Shown here in pieces: positions 11,966 to 27,366 of a stretch of 64,000 nucleotides of DNA. The notes beneath the pieces are model-generated. The model did not search any database and had not been told where the DNA came from. It worked only from the letters and a program-made list of their open reading frames with translations. A program made the translations under genes and the position numbers. The stretch lies in contig OX597834.1 of assembly GCA_951406725.2 (NCBI GenBank), positions 13,082,001 to 13,146,000 of the forward strand. The letters run 5' to 3'. Position 1 is the first letter of the stretch. Each line of letters starts with the position of its first letter. The DNA comes from Octopus vulgaris. Taxonomy: Eukaryota.

Positions 11966-12877
11966 TTTATATATGTATATACATAAATATTTACATACAT
12001 ATTTGTGTCAGTGTGTGTGTGTGCGTGTGCCCATTGCTGTCTCTGTGTATGTATATATATGTGTGTGTGTGTGTGTGTTTGTGTATACGTTACTAAATTT
12101 TGTAAAAGTATAATTGGAAAGTTAGTCGTCGTATCCATTAAGAACAAAATATTCATACCTGCTATTTGAGGTGAACGTTACAAGTGAATGAACACTGCCT
12201 CACTATAAGTAAAGATGACCCGGTATCATGTCCTGACTGCCTGTGTCTGAGAACTACACAAAATCAATTAGATAAAAGAAGAAAATCTATATGAACCCAT
12301 ATGAATCACTGCAATATTGAATTATAAGAACGTTATCCTATCATATTGGTGTCAGCATTACAATGAAACAATATACTTATAATGTGGTTTAGAGAAAAGC
12401 AAATATACGAGAATAGTTAGATAACCATTATAACCGTGGCAATCACTTCTAAAATACAATAATGACTTAGATTTACACAAGGTATAATTATTGAAACCAT
12501 CGCAGATATTACATAAACTTGAGCTAACATTGTATTCGTGTTATATATTGGTCTCTAGATACGTCTGTAATTTAACATTACGACATTAGAACCACGTGAG
12601 AAATATTAGATGATGTAGCTGCGATGTATTAATAATCGATAGAAAGACGTTGTTTTTATGTCATAGCCACAAGAAAAAAATGAATAAATATTATATACAA
12701 TATTATATACTATAAATATTATATACTATAATTATAAGTGATCTGAAAGAAACGAAAATACAGTAAAATGTTATAAAATGATCAAATTGACTGATAAATA
12801 GTTGGGGAGGAGTATTCACCACGGAAATTTATAACAACAAAGAAATAATTGCATAACAATCCGAAAGGATTGCTGGT

Positions 12878-13191
12878 ATGCTGAGCGTCATCCAACCAAA
12901 GTACAAACATATGGGAATCTATCTACCACCTGTATCATCTCTTGTGAAAGCTAGAAGAGTCCAGTTTGCTGGACATTGTTGTAGAGTAGAAAACGAGGTA
13001 ATTTCTACTCTTCTCCTCTGGAAGCCATCTATTCGCGATACCAGAGGGTGTAATCTATACCCTGATGTAATCTCCAGAGATACAGGCATCCAGCAACAGG
13101 ACCTCCGGAATGTTATGTTGGGCCGTGAAGGCTGGCGTAGCATAGTAAATTCCATTGTCTCGACCATGGTCGAACAATGATGATGACGATG
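12878..13191 (+). mobile_element. 5'-truncated RTE-clade non-LTR retrotransposon 3' end
   Basis: The ORF reads LPPVSSLVKARRVQFAGHCCR...LLLWKP...RG...DVISRDTG...MLGREGWRSIV, a typical RTE post-RT C-terminus, and is followed by a tgatgatgacgat tail. Confidence 0.8.
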
Positions 13192-13729
13192 GAATTATCA
13201 GACTAATTGTAGCACATATTGGTAGAACCAATGGTTTCTTCAGAGAAATTTAAACATTGAAAAATGACGATATCTCCAAGGAATGACGATAGCTACAAAA
13301 CATAAAAGATTGTACAATATCAATGTAAGTTGAAAGTTTGGAAGTAAAGAGTGAAATATATGAATAGAAGGTGTGTATAAAATAAATGGAGTAGCACAAA
13401 TTAATAAAACAATATTTTTGAAAAGGGAGGCGAGGTCAAATTGGATTGAAAAAATATAACCTTCGGAAAGATATAATTGTTTGTAATTCGCGTAGTTTGA
13501 ATATTCCAAATATAATTAAATCTAATAAAACAACAGAACGCACGTTTTATTGAAGTGTGAATGATGAAGGAACCTAAGCAATTATACGAAATAGAAACGA
13601 AATGCGTAACAATTCAATGAGATTTGATCTGGTTAGAATATACATAAAAAACTGTTTCGCGTTTCTAAATAATTCTTTGTAAAATCTAGTAAGTAAACGC
13701 ATACAAATATTTTCAGTATATGTATATTT

Positions 13730-13884
13730 GCTCTTCTGTTTTCCTTTGTTTTTTCTGTGTCCCTTTCTGTAGAAGAGCGTAGGCTCGAAACGTAAAATAC
13801 ATTTTCTATTCCTGAGCGTTATACTAATACATCTGTTTGTTTTGTACACCACCAGTCTTCGTCTTTTGTTTTTTCATAAACTCT

Positions 13885-13887
<3 letters not shown>
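13730..13887 (+). mobile_element. PLE-type mini-element family D, abutting (TA)n
   Basis: Homologous to 33300-33488 and 44611-44830 (gagcgtaggctcgaaacg...cctgagcg...atactaatac...caccacc). Ends directly in (TA)n. Confidence 0.8.
13764..13797 (+). ncRNA. Minimal hammerhead motif, A6U variant (CUGUAGA)
   Basis: ttt CTGTAGA a gagc-gtag-gctc GAAA cg TA aaa. Confidence 0.6.
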
Positions 13888-13941
<54 letters not shown>

Positions 13942-14144
13942 TATAGATATGAGAGAGAGAGAGAGAGAATACAAGAATGGTAAGAGATATCTAAATATAA
14001 TGATATAATAAATTTAGATGTCAGAATAGTTACACACACATATATATAATTGTAAATGGATGACAGCATCAATTTAATAGCCATTATTAAGGAGTCACAT
14101 TAAATAATCATTTATATGGACATACATATAGAATATATATATAC

Positions 14145-14215
<71 letters not shown>

Positions 14216-14233
14216 AATATATATATATATATA

Positions 14234-14300
<67 letters not shown>

Positions 14301-14318
14301 ATATATATATATATATAT

Positions 14319-14523
14319 AACAACAATGCAGCACGGACTTTGTCAGTGAACAGGTCGCGGATTTTAGCGACGAAAATATTTTGACAAATTAAACTTAAAT
14401 GTTGGAGTGAATCGAACGGCTTTTGTGTGTTTCTTAAATGGCTTATAAACACCTCCCACGCTGCAATTGTTTTTCGTTTCAGCACACGATCTCAGATCAA
14501 ATTACTATGCGAGTACATCTCCG

Positions 14524-14526
<3 letters not shown>
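14319..14526 (+). mobile_element. PLE-type mini-element family J between two (TA)n tracts
   Basis: Homologous to 11815-11965, carries a hammerhead motif, and has TA repeats on both sides. Confidence 0.8.
14339..14388 (+). ncRNA. Minimal hammerhead motif with G3:C8 swapped core (GUGAACA)
   Basis: tttgtca GTGAACA g gtcgc-ggatttta-gcgac GAAA atat TT tgacaaa. Stem I is 7 bp, stem II is 5 bp, and stem III is the palindrome aatatt. Confidence 0.75.
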
Positions 14527-14561
<35 letters not shown>

Positions 14562-14812
14562 TTATATTCGTACATAAATTTACAAACGCACGTTCTTACA
14601 CAGAATCCAGTATATATAGAGAGAAATGGGGAGAGATAGGGCGAGAGAAAGATATTAAAAACGATCGTGGATTAATCTGATGCGTAATTATGCTTTCGTA
14701 TAGTACAAATTTATTATTGCTTAAGGAGAAAGCTGCTGACAGTGAGTTCGAATCTCCCCAGAGTTAAGACGTCAGTCGACATTTATATGCATGCACATAC
14801 ATGGGTATATAA

Positions 14813-14818
<6 letters not shown>

Positions 14819-14910
<92 letters not shown>
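14819..14910. repeat. (CA)n then (TA)n microsatellite
   Basis: Direct reading. Confidence 0.95.
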
Positions 14911-15520
<610 letters not shown>

Positions 15521-15567
15521 TAGTAATATATGTGTGTGTAAGTGTGTATGTCCGTCTATCTTTGCAC

Positions 15568-15625
<58 letters not shown>

Positions 15626-16092
15626 GCATGTGTTTTTATGTGAGTGCGCCTATGTGTTTGCGTTTGTTGTATATACGTATGGAATACTCAATTGGGTAAA
15701 ATAATTTTTATCAGGCGAATTAAACAGCAAAAGCTGTTGCTAACCTATTTTCAAGACCTTTATGCGGTAACATACTAAGTGGTTTAATGCTTGCGGACGC
15801 GATATATTCAATCAAGATGACATAAACGGTTATTAATGACTTGCTCTGCCGAAAGATTTGCAATGATATATTTGTCATTCTCCTTAAATTATACGATCTT
15901 AAATCCATCTATTGCATTTGAAGTAACATTCCATATCATACTTAGCTGATCGATATCTACTAATATAGGTTTTACACTATTAGCGACACATACGAATATT
16001 CAACTATCCGTACATATAATTAGAAGCGCAAAGATTATATTCCTGACACTGCAACTTGTAAACATATCTATCGATCTATGGATCTCTCAAAC

Positions 16093-16103
16093 TATCTATC
16101 TAC

Positions 16104-16190
<87 letters not shown>

Positions 16191-16211
16191 GTTATCTATA
16201 TATCTATCTAT
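16093..16211. repeat. (TATC)n microsatellite
   Basis: Direct reading. Confidence 0.95.
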
Positions 16212-16315
16212 CCCCCTACCTAGCTGGCTATGTGTCTGTCAATATGGCTATCTGTCCGCCCGTCCGAACCATCTGCCTGTCTAACTATCAATATATATAT
16301 ATATGTATATATGGG

Positions 16316-16359
<44 letters not shown>

Positions 16360-16434
16360 CTTGTATATCTAGAATATGAATGTGAGTATACATAATTGCG
16401 TGTTTGTGTGCCCATATGCATAAGTATGCACATG

Positions 16435-16496
<62 letters not shown>

Positions 16497-16561
16497 TATA
16501 CACACACATCTTTACATCCCCATAGGATCATATACAAACGGATCAACATGGAAGGCATTTG

Positions 16562-16640
<79 letters not shown>

Positions 16641-17667
16641 ACAATACGCTATCTATTATTCCTTTATTTAATATGCAGTACAAGTTGATGCATTGTTGCT
16701 CCCCTGGATTAATAAAGTTTAATATAGCTGCCACGTATTTAATCATTGTACATTATTTCCTAATTATTCAGAAAACACGATTTACATCGTACAAGAAATG
16801 AAAGGATATATTGCATTATAATTTTACATATTAAAATTCTTTCAATGAAAAATGTATGATTTAGTGACTTTCTGACCTATTGTCTGTATGATAGATATAT
16901 ATGATAGATATATTTATGGAAATTTCACAATGCTCTACGTAGGATGGCTTTACATAAATCCGGAAATAACCATTAGAATGGTATGTTAATTATTCTCTGA
17001 ATACAAGCTCGTTATACAAAGTTGATTCTCTTCTGGCGAATATTTGTGGATTTTCTTTTTCTTTCGATTTGAATTATAATTAGACAATGAGAAGATTAAA
17101 ATATTTCATTACGTTATGGATTTCACATGTGCCAAGAGCTGTATTATAAAGATAAGCTTTGTACGAGCAGAAATCGTGACTCGTCTACAAATCCCGTGTG
17201 AATTTAGTTTTATTTCACTGAAAATGCAGATACCGCATCTCGCTTTTCTAAACATGTACCATTTTGGCAAGCTCAAAACAAATCAGTATTATTGATTTTC
17301 CGGCCATATTCATTGAAACATTCTTTCTTAATATTTTGCAATAAGTTCCCATGGAGAGTTATCATTCCGCTGGCTCTAATGGAGACGACACCTAATAGAA
17401 AGCCGTAGAATTTGTTTCGATTCAGTGGGCAATTACCTTGTTTTTGGCCAATGAATTTTCTACACTACAAGGTTAAAGCATGGGATTAAGATCGTGTACT
17501 TAATTACATTTGGCCCTGTTTTACATTAGTGAATTAGGATTTAGGGATGTTGATGCATCTTTCTAGGGACAAGAGGTGTATATGTTAATACAGCTAGATT
17601 GGGAAAATAATTCAAACAAGATTGAGATGTTTCTGCAGACTAAAACGCGTAAAATGCTGTTGTAGTA

Positions 17668-17780
<113 letters not shown>

Positions 17781-17829
17781 AATATATATACATTTATATT
17801 AATTTATATATATATATATATATACATAG

Positions 17830-17877
<48 letters not shown>

Positions 17878-17886
17878 TTGTATATA

Positions 17887-17937
<51 letters not shown>

Positions 17938-17989
17938 AACCGATGAGAACGAGAGAATATCAATATAGTCTATACATTCTAAGTATATT

Positions 17990-18200
17990 TATTTTTACAT
18001 GTTTCACTCACGTGACTGTGGCCATGCTGGTGTACCGCCTTAAACAGTTTTAGTCGGAGAAATCTATCCCAGGACCTATTCTTTGCAAGCCTAGTATTTA
18101 TTCTATCGGTATCTTTTGAGGAACCGCTGAGTTATGGGGACATAAATACACCACCATCGGCTGTCAAGCGATGGTAATGGGATACACATACACAAAGACA
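17990..18200 (-). mobile_element. SINE family A 3' half, diverged
   Basis: gactgtggccatgctggtgtaccgcc...ttattctatcggtatcttttgaggaaccgct...catcggctgtcaagcgatg. Confidence 0.75.
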
Positions 18201-19026
18201 CACATACATAAAAATATATACTTAACCGCATACACACATTCGCACGCAAACACACACACATATTAATCATTAGTCAATCTTCCCTTTTTACATATATGCA
18301 TGTATGTATTTTCTGTACGTTAAAATTCGAGGTTTATTTGAATCAACCTCTCTGTCTTTTCCTGTGCCAGTTCAGAAAATATACATTCTCTTCGATATTC
18401 CTGAACTTCCAAATCATCGAAGACAAATATTCTATACGTAATATATATTTTGCTAATTTTTGTCATACCTACTTAAATCCTTGACGTTGTATTACAAATC
18501 CATCTTAACGATACAAGCATATATTCATTAAAAAATATCCATCAATTAATCTATTTTCTATTGTTTCTGTTTACCATAGGAAAAGGTTTCTCGCTACACG
18601 CGAGGTTGATACACACTCGTTCATGTCATTTATTCCAAATTCGATAACATTATTATGTATTATGCATGCACTATTACCTGTGACGGTGTAGTAATATGCC
18701 AACAATGAGAGTTATTATAAATATCGGTCAGATACAGAAGCTGTGACAATAGCATAATAAAATATGCATTTGATTTGACACGAAACACGAAGACGCTATG
18801 TACATGAAGACATACATATGTACATATATGTTTATGTATGTATATGCCAGTCTGTCTGTATATCGATCTATCTACTTATCTATATTCTTTCTATCTGTCT
18901 GTCTCTGTCTGTTTGCTTCTCTCTCTCTCTCTCTCTCTCTCTCTTATATATATATATATATATAGTACACGAAACTCCGATTACTTCAATTACAACTTGC
19001 TGATTTTATGCATATATATATATATG

Positions 19027-19135
<109 letters not shown>

Positions 19136-19344
19136 GCGTGTGTGTGTATTTATGTAAGTACATTTACACGTTTCTATTCATGAAAACGTATATGAATGTA
19201 TACTCATATCTACTGTTTCCATTTAACGTGTATAAAAGATTTCTCTCTACAGGTGAGGAAGCATTTATAACCATGTTTAAACTCGTACTGAAAATCTCAG
19301 CAGAAGAAACTGAAATATTGATTTGAAATTTTGGAATAAGACAA

Positions 19345-19540
19345 GTGCGGAATAAGACCAAGGGAGGGAATGAGTCGATAACATTGACCCGAGTACTATA
19401 CTGGTACTTATTTCATCGACCTAGAAAGGATGGGAAGGAATTCGGCCTCGTCCGAATATCAACTCACGATTTAAAGACGGACGAGAGAAGACTAGGCACT
19501 TTATCCTCGTGCTAGCGACCCTGAAAATTCGCGGTCTTAG
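19345..19540 (-). mobile_element. Degraded SINE family B-related copy
   Basis: gagtcgataacattgaccc...ctggtacttatttcatcgacctagaaaggatg. Confidence 0.6.
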
Positions 19541-20301
19541 GCAAACTAAATATTATTGACATTTTTACGTGTATACTTAGGGGAATGATTCCGGATACAA
19601 TCCAACGAAAATATTAAATAGTTATTAATTAATAATAGCGCTAAAAAAAACATTTATACTTTTTGAATTTAAGTTTCATAGTTGACATTACAAGAGTGGC
19701 GAATCTTCTAGTCGATATAACAAATCTTAATAAACTAATGCAGTCGTTTTTTTTTTTTTTAATTTTCTATTTACCGCAATAGCTTGTTAGCTTGACGAAT
19801 AATTATGATCATTTTATAATAATGATTTTCATCGTGGTTATTTAATTGCATTTGTTATTAAGAGTTTGTATTATTGAATATAAAAATTAGCAATACTATG
19901 GCTTGTATTATGTTCGTGAAACAAAGGGGCTTTCACTAATCGAAGTCAGTTTCCAATGTTCCAATTTCCGCTTAAAACAATGCGCAGTAGTTTTGTTGGT
20001 ATAAATAGAGGTCTAGGAAACAATAAGTGATATTGGAATAGATAATGCAAAATCTAGCAATTAGGTTTTTTCTTTCAATAATTTCGCGTTATTCTGCAGC
20101 CCAATTCATTATAAAGTAGATGCCGATTCATTATAAAATTGAATCTATACGAAGTAGCTGTCATCCAAAGAAATGTTTGTAGAAATCCGTTTATATATGG
20201 CGATAATTTAAATATATCGACATGTATCTTGAAACATATATATGTTGAGGGGGGGGCGAGAATGTGTGAGGAGAGAAAGAAGTACAGGAAGACTGGAGAA
20301 A

Positions 20302-20412
20302 AGGAAAGAGAGACAGGGTGGAGGTAGAGGGATATAACTTTTATATCAAATGAAGAGGAAAGAGAGACAGGGTGGGGGTAGAGGGATATAACTTTTATAT
20401 CAAATGAAGAGG
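20302..20412. repeat. 54-bp near-perfect tandem duplication
   Basis: aggaaagagagacagggtgg(a/g)ggtagagggatataacttttatatcaaatgaag occurs at 20302 and 20356. Confidence 0.9.
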
Positions 20413-21004
20413 TCTGTCCGGGTTCAATTATTTTGTTATCGTTACACTTCAGTCAACACATTAGAGAAGATAAGGACATAAGTACAGATGCTCTAAACAG
20501 ATAGGCAAGTTGGTAATTAACATTGCCTCTTTCGCTAATTAGCATTGCCATTTATTAATTTGAATAACAAGCAAAACCTTAAATGACAAATATGGCTACT
20601 TCGAAAGTTACGGATAAAAACCTTTGTGGATTGGTTCACTGATAAGTATTGCTCGTTTCTAGATTAAAAATGTGGACACCGTACTATGCCCATTACACTA
20701 GGCAGTGATTTTAACAAAAGCTATCATGATGTTCCGAGACTTCACGACGCTCAGAATGTATCATGACAAGCTGGGAGATATTAAACAGCATTCCATAGAT
20801 GTTGAGGTTGATACACATTAGCTCATATCTTTTATACCGAATTTGATTAACATTATGTATAGTGAATGCACTATTAACTGAGACGGTGTAGTAATATGCC
20901 AAAATTTAAGAATTATTTTAAATATGAGCCAGATACAGATGTCATCATAATATCATAATAAAATATGCCTTTCATACGACACAAAACACGAAGACACAAT
21001 ACAT

Positions 21005-21055
<51 letters not shown>

Positions 21056-21121
21056 TGTGTGTTTATGTGTGTACATATATGCGTGGAAGTATACACACAC
21101 TCCCATATATATAAATATATG

Positions 21122-21161
<40 letters not shown>

Positions 21162-21188
21162 TATAAGACAAAGGATACGTACGCCGCT

Positions 21189-21244
<56 letters not shown>

Positions 21245-21310
21245 AAAAGATACAAACTGGGACAAGAACGCAAGACATTTAGAAGACGATACAAAAATCA
21301 CGGATGCCAA

Positions 21311-21830
21311 ATGGGATGCCAAATGTCCCTTGAAATGCACTTCTTGCATTCTCATCCCGATGCTTTTCCAAAAATGTTGATGCCTTTTTTGATGAACATA
21401 GGCAGAGGTTCAATTAAGACGTATCTGAGATGGAAACGAGGTATCAAGGCTGGTTCACACCACACATGATAAGGGACTACTGTTGGTTCCTAGAACGATA
21501 AATCAGCACAATGCATAAGAGCAAAAACAAGTGACTCAAACATTTCTGAGCTGAGCATATAAAGATGACTATTCCTTTAACATAAATATACTATATTTAA
21601 AATAAATACACTATGTACAATAATATCATAATACTATTTGCTTTGAACATAAATTTACTATATACAGTACTAATATACTATTATAATAATTATTTCTCGT
21701 GAGCTTAACTATTCCAGATCTGATATACTTTTAATATAGAATTATGCGCAAAACTCATAATCTCGATCCACTACAGCAATTCTGAGTTGGGTCTGGGTAG
21801 CCGAGAATGATTTTTTTTTGTTGCCCAGTG
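21311..21830 (+). mobile_element. Chapaev3-like (CMC superfamily) DNA transposon remnant: transposase C-terminus and right terminus
   Basis: 21311-21534 translates, with one frameshift and in-frame stops, to [61 protein letters not shown]. This matches the HFLHSH..SDE.GERFHQD..E.RYQG..M..DYCW motif. The terminus ttgttgcccagtg at 21818-21830 ends in GTG, as CAC...GTG elements do. Confidence 0.7.
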
Positions 21831-24179
21831 TAATATGTTTGGGTGTATATAATCAAGAAGAGTATCTGTGCATTTGTGCATCAAACCAACGCTATATTAG
21901 GAAGTGTTTCACGTAAAAGACATATATAGAAATATATGTATTCATAATATTGTACCGAGGTTACTCAAAAAGTTAAATTTAGAAAATTCTTTTGTAATGT
22001 TCAACGTTATTTTCCTGTATTTAAGTTAAAAATCAATAACTCAGCTTCCATGGCAACGGAATATAGAGATTAATATTTGTTTTTGTTTTTTTTACCGTTG
22101 CGGATTAAAAGATTAGATAATTGTAACTCTTAGGTAGAATAAGGCACGAAAATGATAACTCGTAATAATTCTGAAATTTGATTTTTTTTTCCTTTCTCAA
22201 AATATATATGTGTATGACTGTGTTTTTGCATGTGTATGCATGCTTGTTTGTAAATATATATGTGCGTGAATGTATGCCTGGGTGTGTGTGTGTGTGTCTA
22301 TTTATGTAGGTTTGTACGTATATATTCCATTGATGCAGTGGTATTACAGTACCTCCTATATTACATATTCCTCAGGCAGTGCTACTTGAATCGCACCAAA
22401 GTCTTTGCGATTCTTATTTCTTTCTATGCAAAGGTATATAAAACTTAAACTTGCGATTTGGTTCCATTTAATGTGAAATTAAATATCTGAGTTTGCTATA
22501 CATTTTTGCACATTTGTCTTCGTGGCTTTAACGAATTCAGTTTTCTAAATGATGTTTTTGTCGTTAAAGGAATTTGGTACTCTTCTAGATGCTTACTTAT
22601 ACTTCCACAAAATTTTAAGTGAATACCTTCTTTCATTACCCATAAGAGATCCTGTGTTTGGACATCCTGCTTTATATTCGTCTCACCTTCGAACATTTCT
22701 TATATTCATCCTTCTATGCAACATTTATTGGGATTTAATGAACACTATATATTACAGATGCCACTTTATTCTGTAGTTGGCGATAGTAAAACACAAAATA
22801 TTCCTGGTTTCATTCGCTGTAAAACTCTTACCTAATCTAAGTGTTTATATTGTATTTGAGCTGTATTTGCGTACAATTTAGTCGAGCAAACTCATAGACG
22901 TCATCACATTTACTTTCTAAAATCTAGTCACTGAAAACGATATGTTTGTGATATAGCAGAAAATATATAATATGTAAGGCAGGTCTGAGGTGTTACTTCC
23001 AGTATTTCCATATTTATTTGGAAACAAAAATGATGTTTTTCCATGTTTTATTCTAAAAATAAGTATATTATATTCTCAGTACAGATGACATAAACACGAG
23101 TAAAAACTAGATTTGACTTGATATTATTTTCGTTAGAAATTATCTTTCATATTCGTATGTGTGCTGCTTCAATCCAATTTCCTACATTCGTTAACATCCT
23201 ACGTTTTATTATTTCCAGTGGTTACTCTAACCTTTGAAGTTGCCAATATTTACGTGAGTATTATCCTGATATCGGTTAGGTTCAACTCACGCATTGCAGA
23301 CAGTTGTCTCTATTAAGATTACTTGAAATCGGGTTTACTGTTTGAGGACAATTCCGTTTTCTGAGAACATTACTTCATGCCACATCTAATTAAATTTTAT
23401 CTCCTTATAAATTTTCATATTTTCTCGTGTCTCGTTGTCTCTCAAAAGCAGATCCGGTGAAGTATCCTCTGTCCATTCAATGCCAAAACATTTTAAAGCA
23501 TAGATGCTTCTTCTTTTGTTCAAATATAAAATAAACACTGAGCCGTTATTGTATTATAGTTTTAGGTCAATGCTTTTGTGTTACAAACGTTATCTGAGTG
23601 CACCGCGTGCTTTTCCTTACAATGTAAAGTATATTCAATAAACATACATAAAAATATAAATATATATAAAACGGGGCTTAAAAAGATTAATCATAAATTG
23701 TTTTACAGATTTATGCTTAATAAAAGGAAGTAAACAATAATTTTCTGTATTTTCTTCTTAATTTTAAATTTTAAATGAATAATCTTTTTGTTTAAACTTT
23801 TCCATGTGATTTGCGCTAATAATCTTTTGTGTACTCTCAAATGACCCATAAACGGAAATTCATTAAGATCCATTGTATGCAGGGAGGCCATGTATAGCAT
23901 CCGTTACTAGTTTATTGTGTATATAATATACGCAATAATAGAAGTGGCGATATAAAAGGCATTGTTGATGATAAAAAAAAACAGAGAAATAGATAAAAAG
24001 AAATGGGTTTAAAATTAAATGTGTTATATCTGTGTATCGATCAAAACGTCCAACCCGTCTTTCAGCGTAGTGTGTCTTCACAACCATGATCTCTATGGCG
24101 GTGGAGCACTCATTCCTGGTAGAGGCACACTGGTCAAAAGATATGGAGAAGACTAATATGAATGACCACTTTGTAGTGC

Positions 24180-24340
24180 TAAATGTTGGTTTGCATTGGG
24201 TCAACACAATTTCCTACAAAAAAGATTACAGAATTATCGATGACATTTCAAAACATGACTTGACAGAATGAGACAGATTAAAGTCAAGAATAGTGGAGGG
24301 AAGTCGCCGATGGCCTTCGCTCTGTGAGGGGCGAAGTTCT
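24180..24340 (+). mobile_element. Possible highly decayed RTE-type LINE 3' end
   Basis: tgg agg gaa gtc gcc gat ggc ctt cgc tct gtg agg ggc gaa = WREVADGLRSVRGE, which resembles RTE C-termini. Upstream frames are broken. Confidence 0.35.
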
Positions 24341-24461
24341 TGAACAAGTAATGTGCATATATGTGTTTTGAGTATCTGCGAGATTTATTGAACGTGAATA
24401 ACAAATACACGTTGAAATACTCAAGTACACATCGAAATTAGTCATAATACATATACTCGCT

Positions 24462-24870
24462 TTCTCTTTACTCTTTTACTTGTTTCATTCATTTGACTGC
24501 GGCCATGCTGGAGCACCGCCTTTAGTCGAGCAAATCGACCCCGGGACTTATTCTTTGTAAGCCCAGTACTTATTCTATCGGTCTCTTTTGCCGAACCGCT
24601 AATGAACGGGGACATAAACACACCAGCATCGGTTGTCAAGCAATGCTGGGGGGACAAACACAGACACACACGCTTATATATATATATATATATATATACA
24701 TATATACGACAGGCTTCTTTCAGTTTCCGTCTACGAAATCCACTCACAAGGCATTGGTCGGCCCGAGGCTATAGCAGAAGACACTTGCCCAAGATGCCAC
24801 GCAGTGGGACTGAACCCGGAATCATGTGGCTGGTTAGCAAGCTACTTACCACACAGCCACTCCTGCGCCT
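24462..24870 (-). mobile_element. SINE family A, full length
   Basis: Full match to the other family A copies. Confidence 0.9.
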
Positions 24871-25756
24871 ATGTGTACTTATATACTGGAACCATCTTTC
24901 AAGATTTCAATACGAAGCAGTGAAACACAATTTTGATTTTGGAGGCTGATATTGCAGAATGTGGTTGAGTATATGTAGAAAGAAATCGACTCCATTAGTT
25001 GACTGGTATTTTGATATCGATTTAGAAAGGATGAAAGGCAAATTTAACCTCGACGTATATAAACTGAAAGCATAAAATCCCTAACTAAACACAGTAAAGG
25101 CGTTTTGTTGGCGCTCTGATGTTTTCAATAATCCGTCTCTCTCATCGTTAAGCACGCGATTCAAGAATGATATGTGAGAGTAGCGAGAGGTTATTTTTGC
25201 AATAAGAAAGATTGTTAACGCGAAGATTATGCGTAGGTTTATACCCACGCAAATAAAATATAGAAGTAGAAATAACAGAACTAAACGAAAAGAAGGAAAC
25301 GACTTAAAAGAGGGTGGAAGAGATAGTTAGATATGATATTAGAAATATATAACTGAGAGAGCGAAAGAAAGAAAATAGTACACTGATAGAAAGAGAGGTA
25401 TATCGAGAGATTCTGCTGTGTAAAATAAAATGCAAGTATATAACAGAAAGAAATAAAGTTGTTACTTCAAATAACAGTGGTTTGCTTTACAAAGAAAATA
25501 GAAAAAAACGCATTCTTTGTAGTTTATCATTTATATTTCTGACTTTCATATTATTTTCATTTCTCTTTTTTATTTCGTGATCAAAGTCGATCTAGAAGTA
25601 AAGGGTAACTGATTGTAATGTATAAGATATTACCAGAGGTATAAATTGCTATTCTTTTCCTTTAACCCCCACACGTCGCTTTCAGTCTTTAGGTTTACAT
25701 TAAATTCTGTTTCTATCTCTCACATTTCCTTCTCTATAAGAAGGGACATATATTAT

Positions 25757-25757
25757 A

Positions 25758-25833
<76 letters not shown>

Positions 25834-25881
25834 AATCTATATATATATATATATATATCTATATCTATCTATCTATCTATA

Positions 25882-25913
<32 letters not shown>

Positions 25914-25931
25914 CATCTATCTATCTATCTA

Positions 25932-25985
<54 letters not shown>
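25757..25985. repeat. (TATC)n/(TA)n compound microsatellite
   Basis: Direct reading. Confidence 0.95.
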
Positions 25986-25986
<1 letters not shown>

Positions 25987-26100
25987 AAATATACATATTT
26001 TTATATAAATACATACAAAATATATGCATAAATATCTATGCACAAGTATAACAGCATACATGTATACACATTCCACACAAAGACACACACACATACACAT

Positions 26101-26153
<53 letters not shown>

Positions 26154-26541
26154 TATATGTATATGTATATGTGTATGTATATATATATGTATATCTATAT
26201 GTTTGTATGTATACTTGCATAAATATCTATTCATGTATCTATTTTATTCTCTCTATGTTTGCATGAATATATATATATATATATCGATGTAGAATGTGTG
26301 AAATGTATTAAAAAATATATTATCCGAAGTGCAAACACTGACGTACTACACATCCGCTTGACCATCCGTATAGTTCCTCTCCATAAGTTAAGCGACTTTA
26401 CACAGAAGACCGATAGCATCAGTATAAGTGTTTCAAAATCGTACTGCGGTCACTTCGTTCGTCGAAAGTTTTTCGGCGCGGTACTCCAACTCAGTCGCGG
26501 TCTACTGACTGAAACATCCACTCCAAACTATTAGCCTTGAT

Positions 26542-26924
26542 GGATGAAAGCACTCCGTCGGTTACGACGACGAGGGTTCCGGTTGATCCGACTCAACGGA
26601 ACAGCCTGCTCGTGAAATTAACGTGTAAGTGGCTGAGCACTCCACAGACACGTGTACCCTTAACGTAGTTCTCGGGGATATTCAGCGTGACACAGTGAGT
26701 GACAAGACCGGCCCTTTGAAATACAGGTACAACAGAAACAGGAAGTAAGAGAGAAAGTTGTGGTGAAAGAGTACAGCAGGGATCACCACCATCCCTGCAG
26801 GAGCCTCGTGGAGCTTTAGGTGATTTCGCTCAATAAACACTCACAACGCCCGGTCTGGAAATCGAAACCGCGATCCTACGACCGCGAGTCCACTGCCCTA
26901 ACCACTGGGCCATTGCTCCTCCAC
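26542..26924 (-). mobile_element. SINE family C (tRNA-like head), with target-site duplication
   Basis: The minus-strand head is gtggaggagcaatggcccagtggttagggcag...ggtttcgatttcc (A- and B-box-like). Flanking tagccttgat occurs at 26532-26541 and 26929-26938. Near-identical to the copies at 58622 and 59202. Confidence 0.9.
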
Positions 26925-27313
26925 TGACTAGCCTTGATATTGTCAGCATAAATCAGTAATATGGAAGTCGTCGATTCATTTATTTCACAGGGATAATTTC
27001 TCATTGAATTTTATCGGTCATATATAACACAATATTTTGGGAAATGTATGTATATTTATATATACATACACAAACAAAACATGTGTCCATGCATAGATAT
27101 AAACCCTCACGCACACACGTGTTTATGCACACATGCAAATGCATGTGTATGTGTGTGTACATATACATACATATATAGTCATACATACACACAGACTACT
27201 TGTGTTTATATATATATATATGTTTACATGAGTGCGTTATCAACAAATTAGAAAGGGTCCTAATCAATACCTTCTCTCCCTTGTGTGACCTCAATTAATT
27301 TTACCTTTAGGTA

Positions 27314-27362
<49 letters not shown>

Positions 27363-27366
<4 letters not shown>

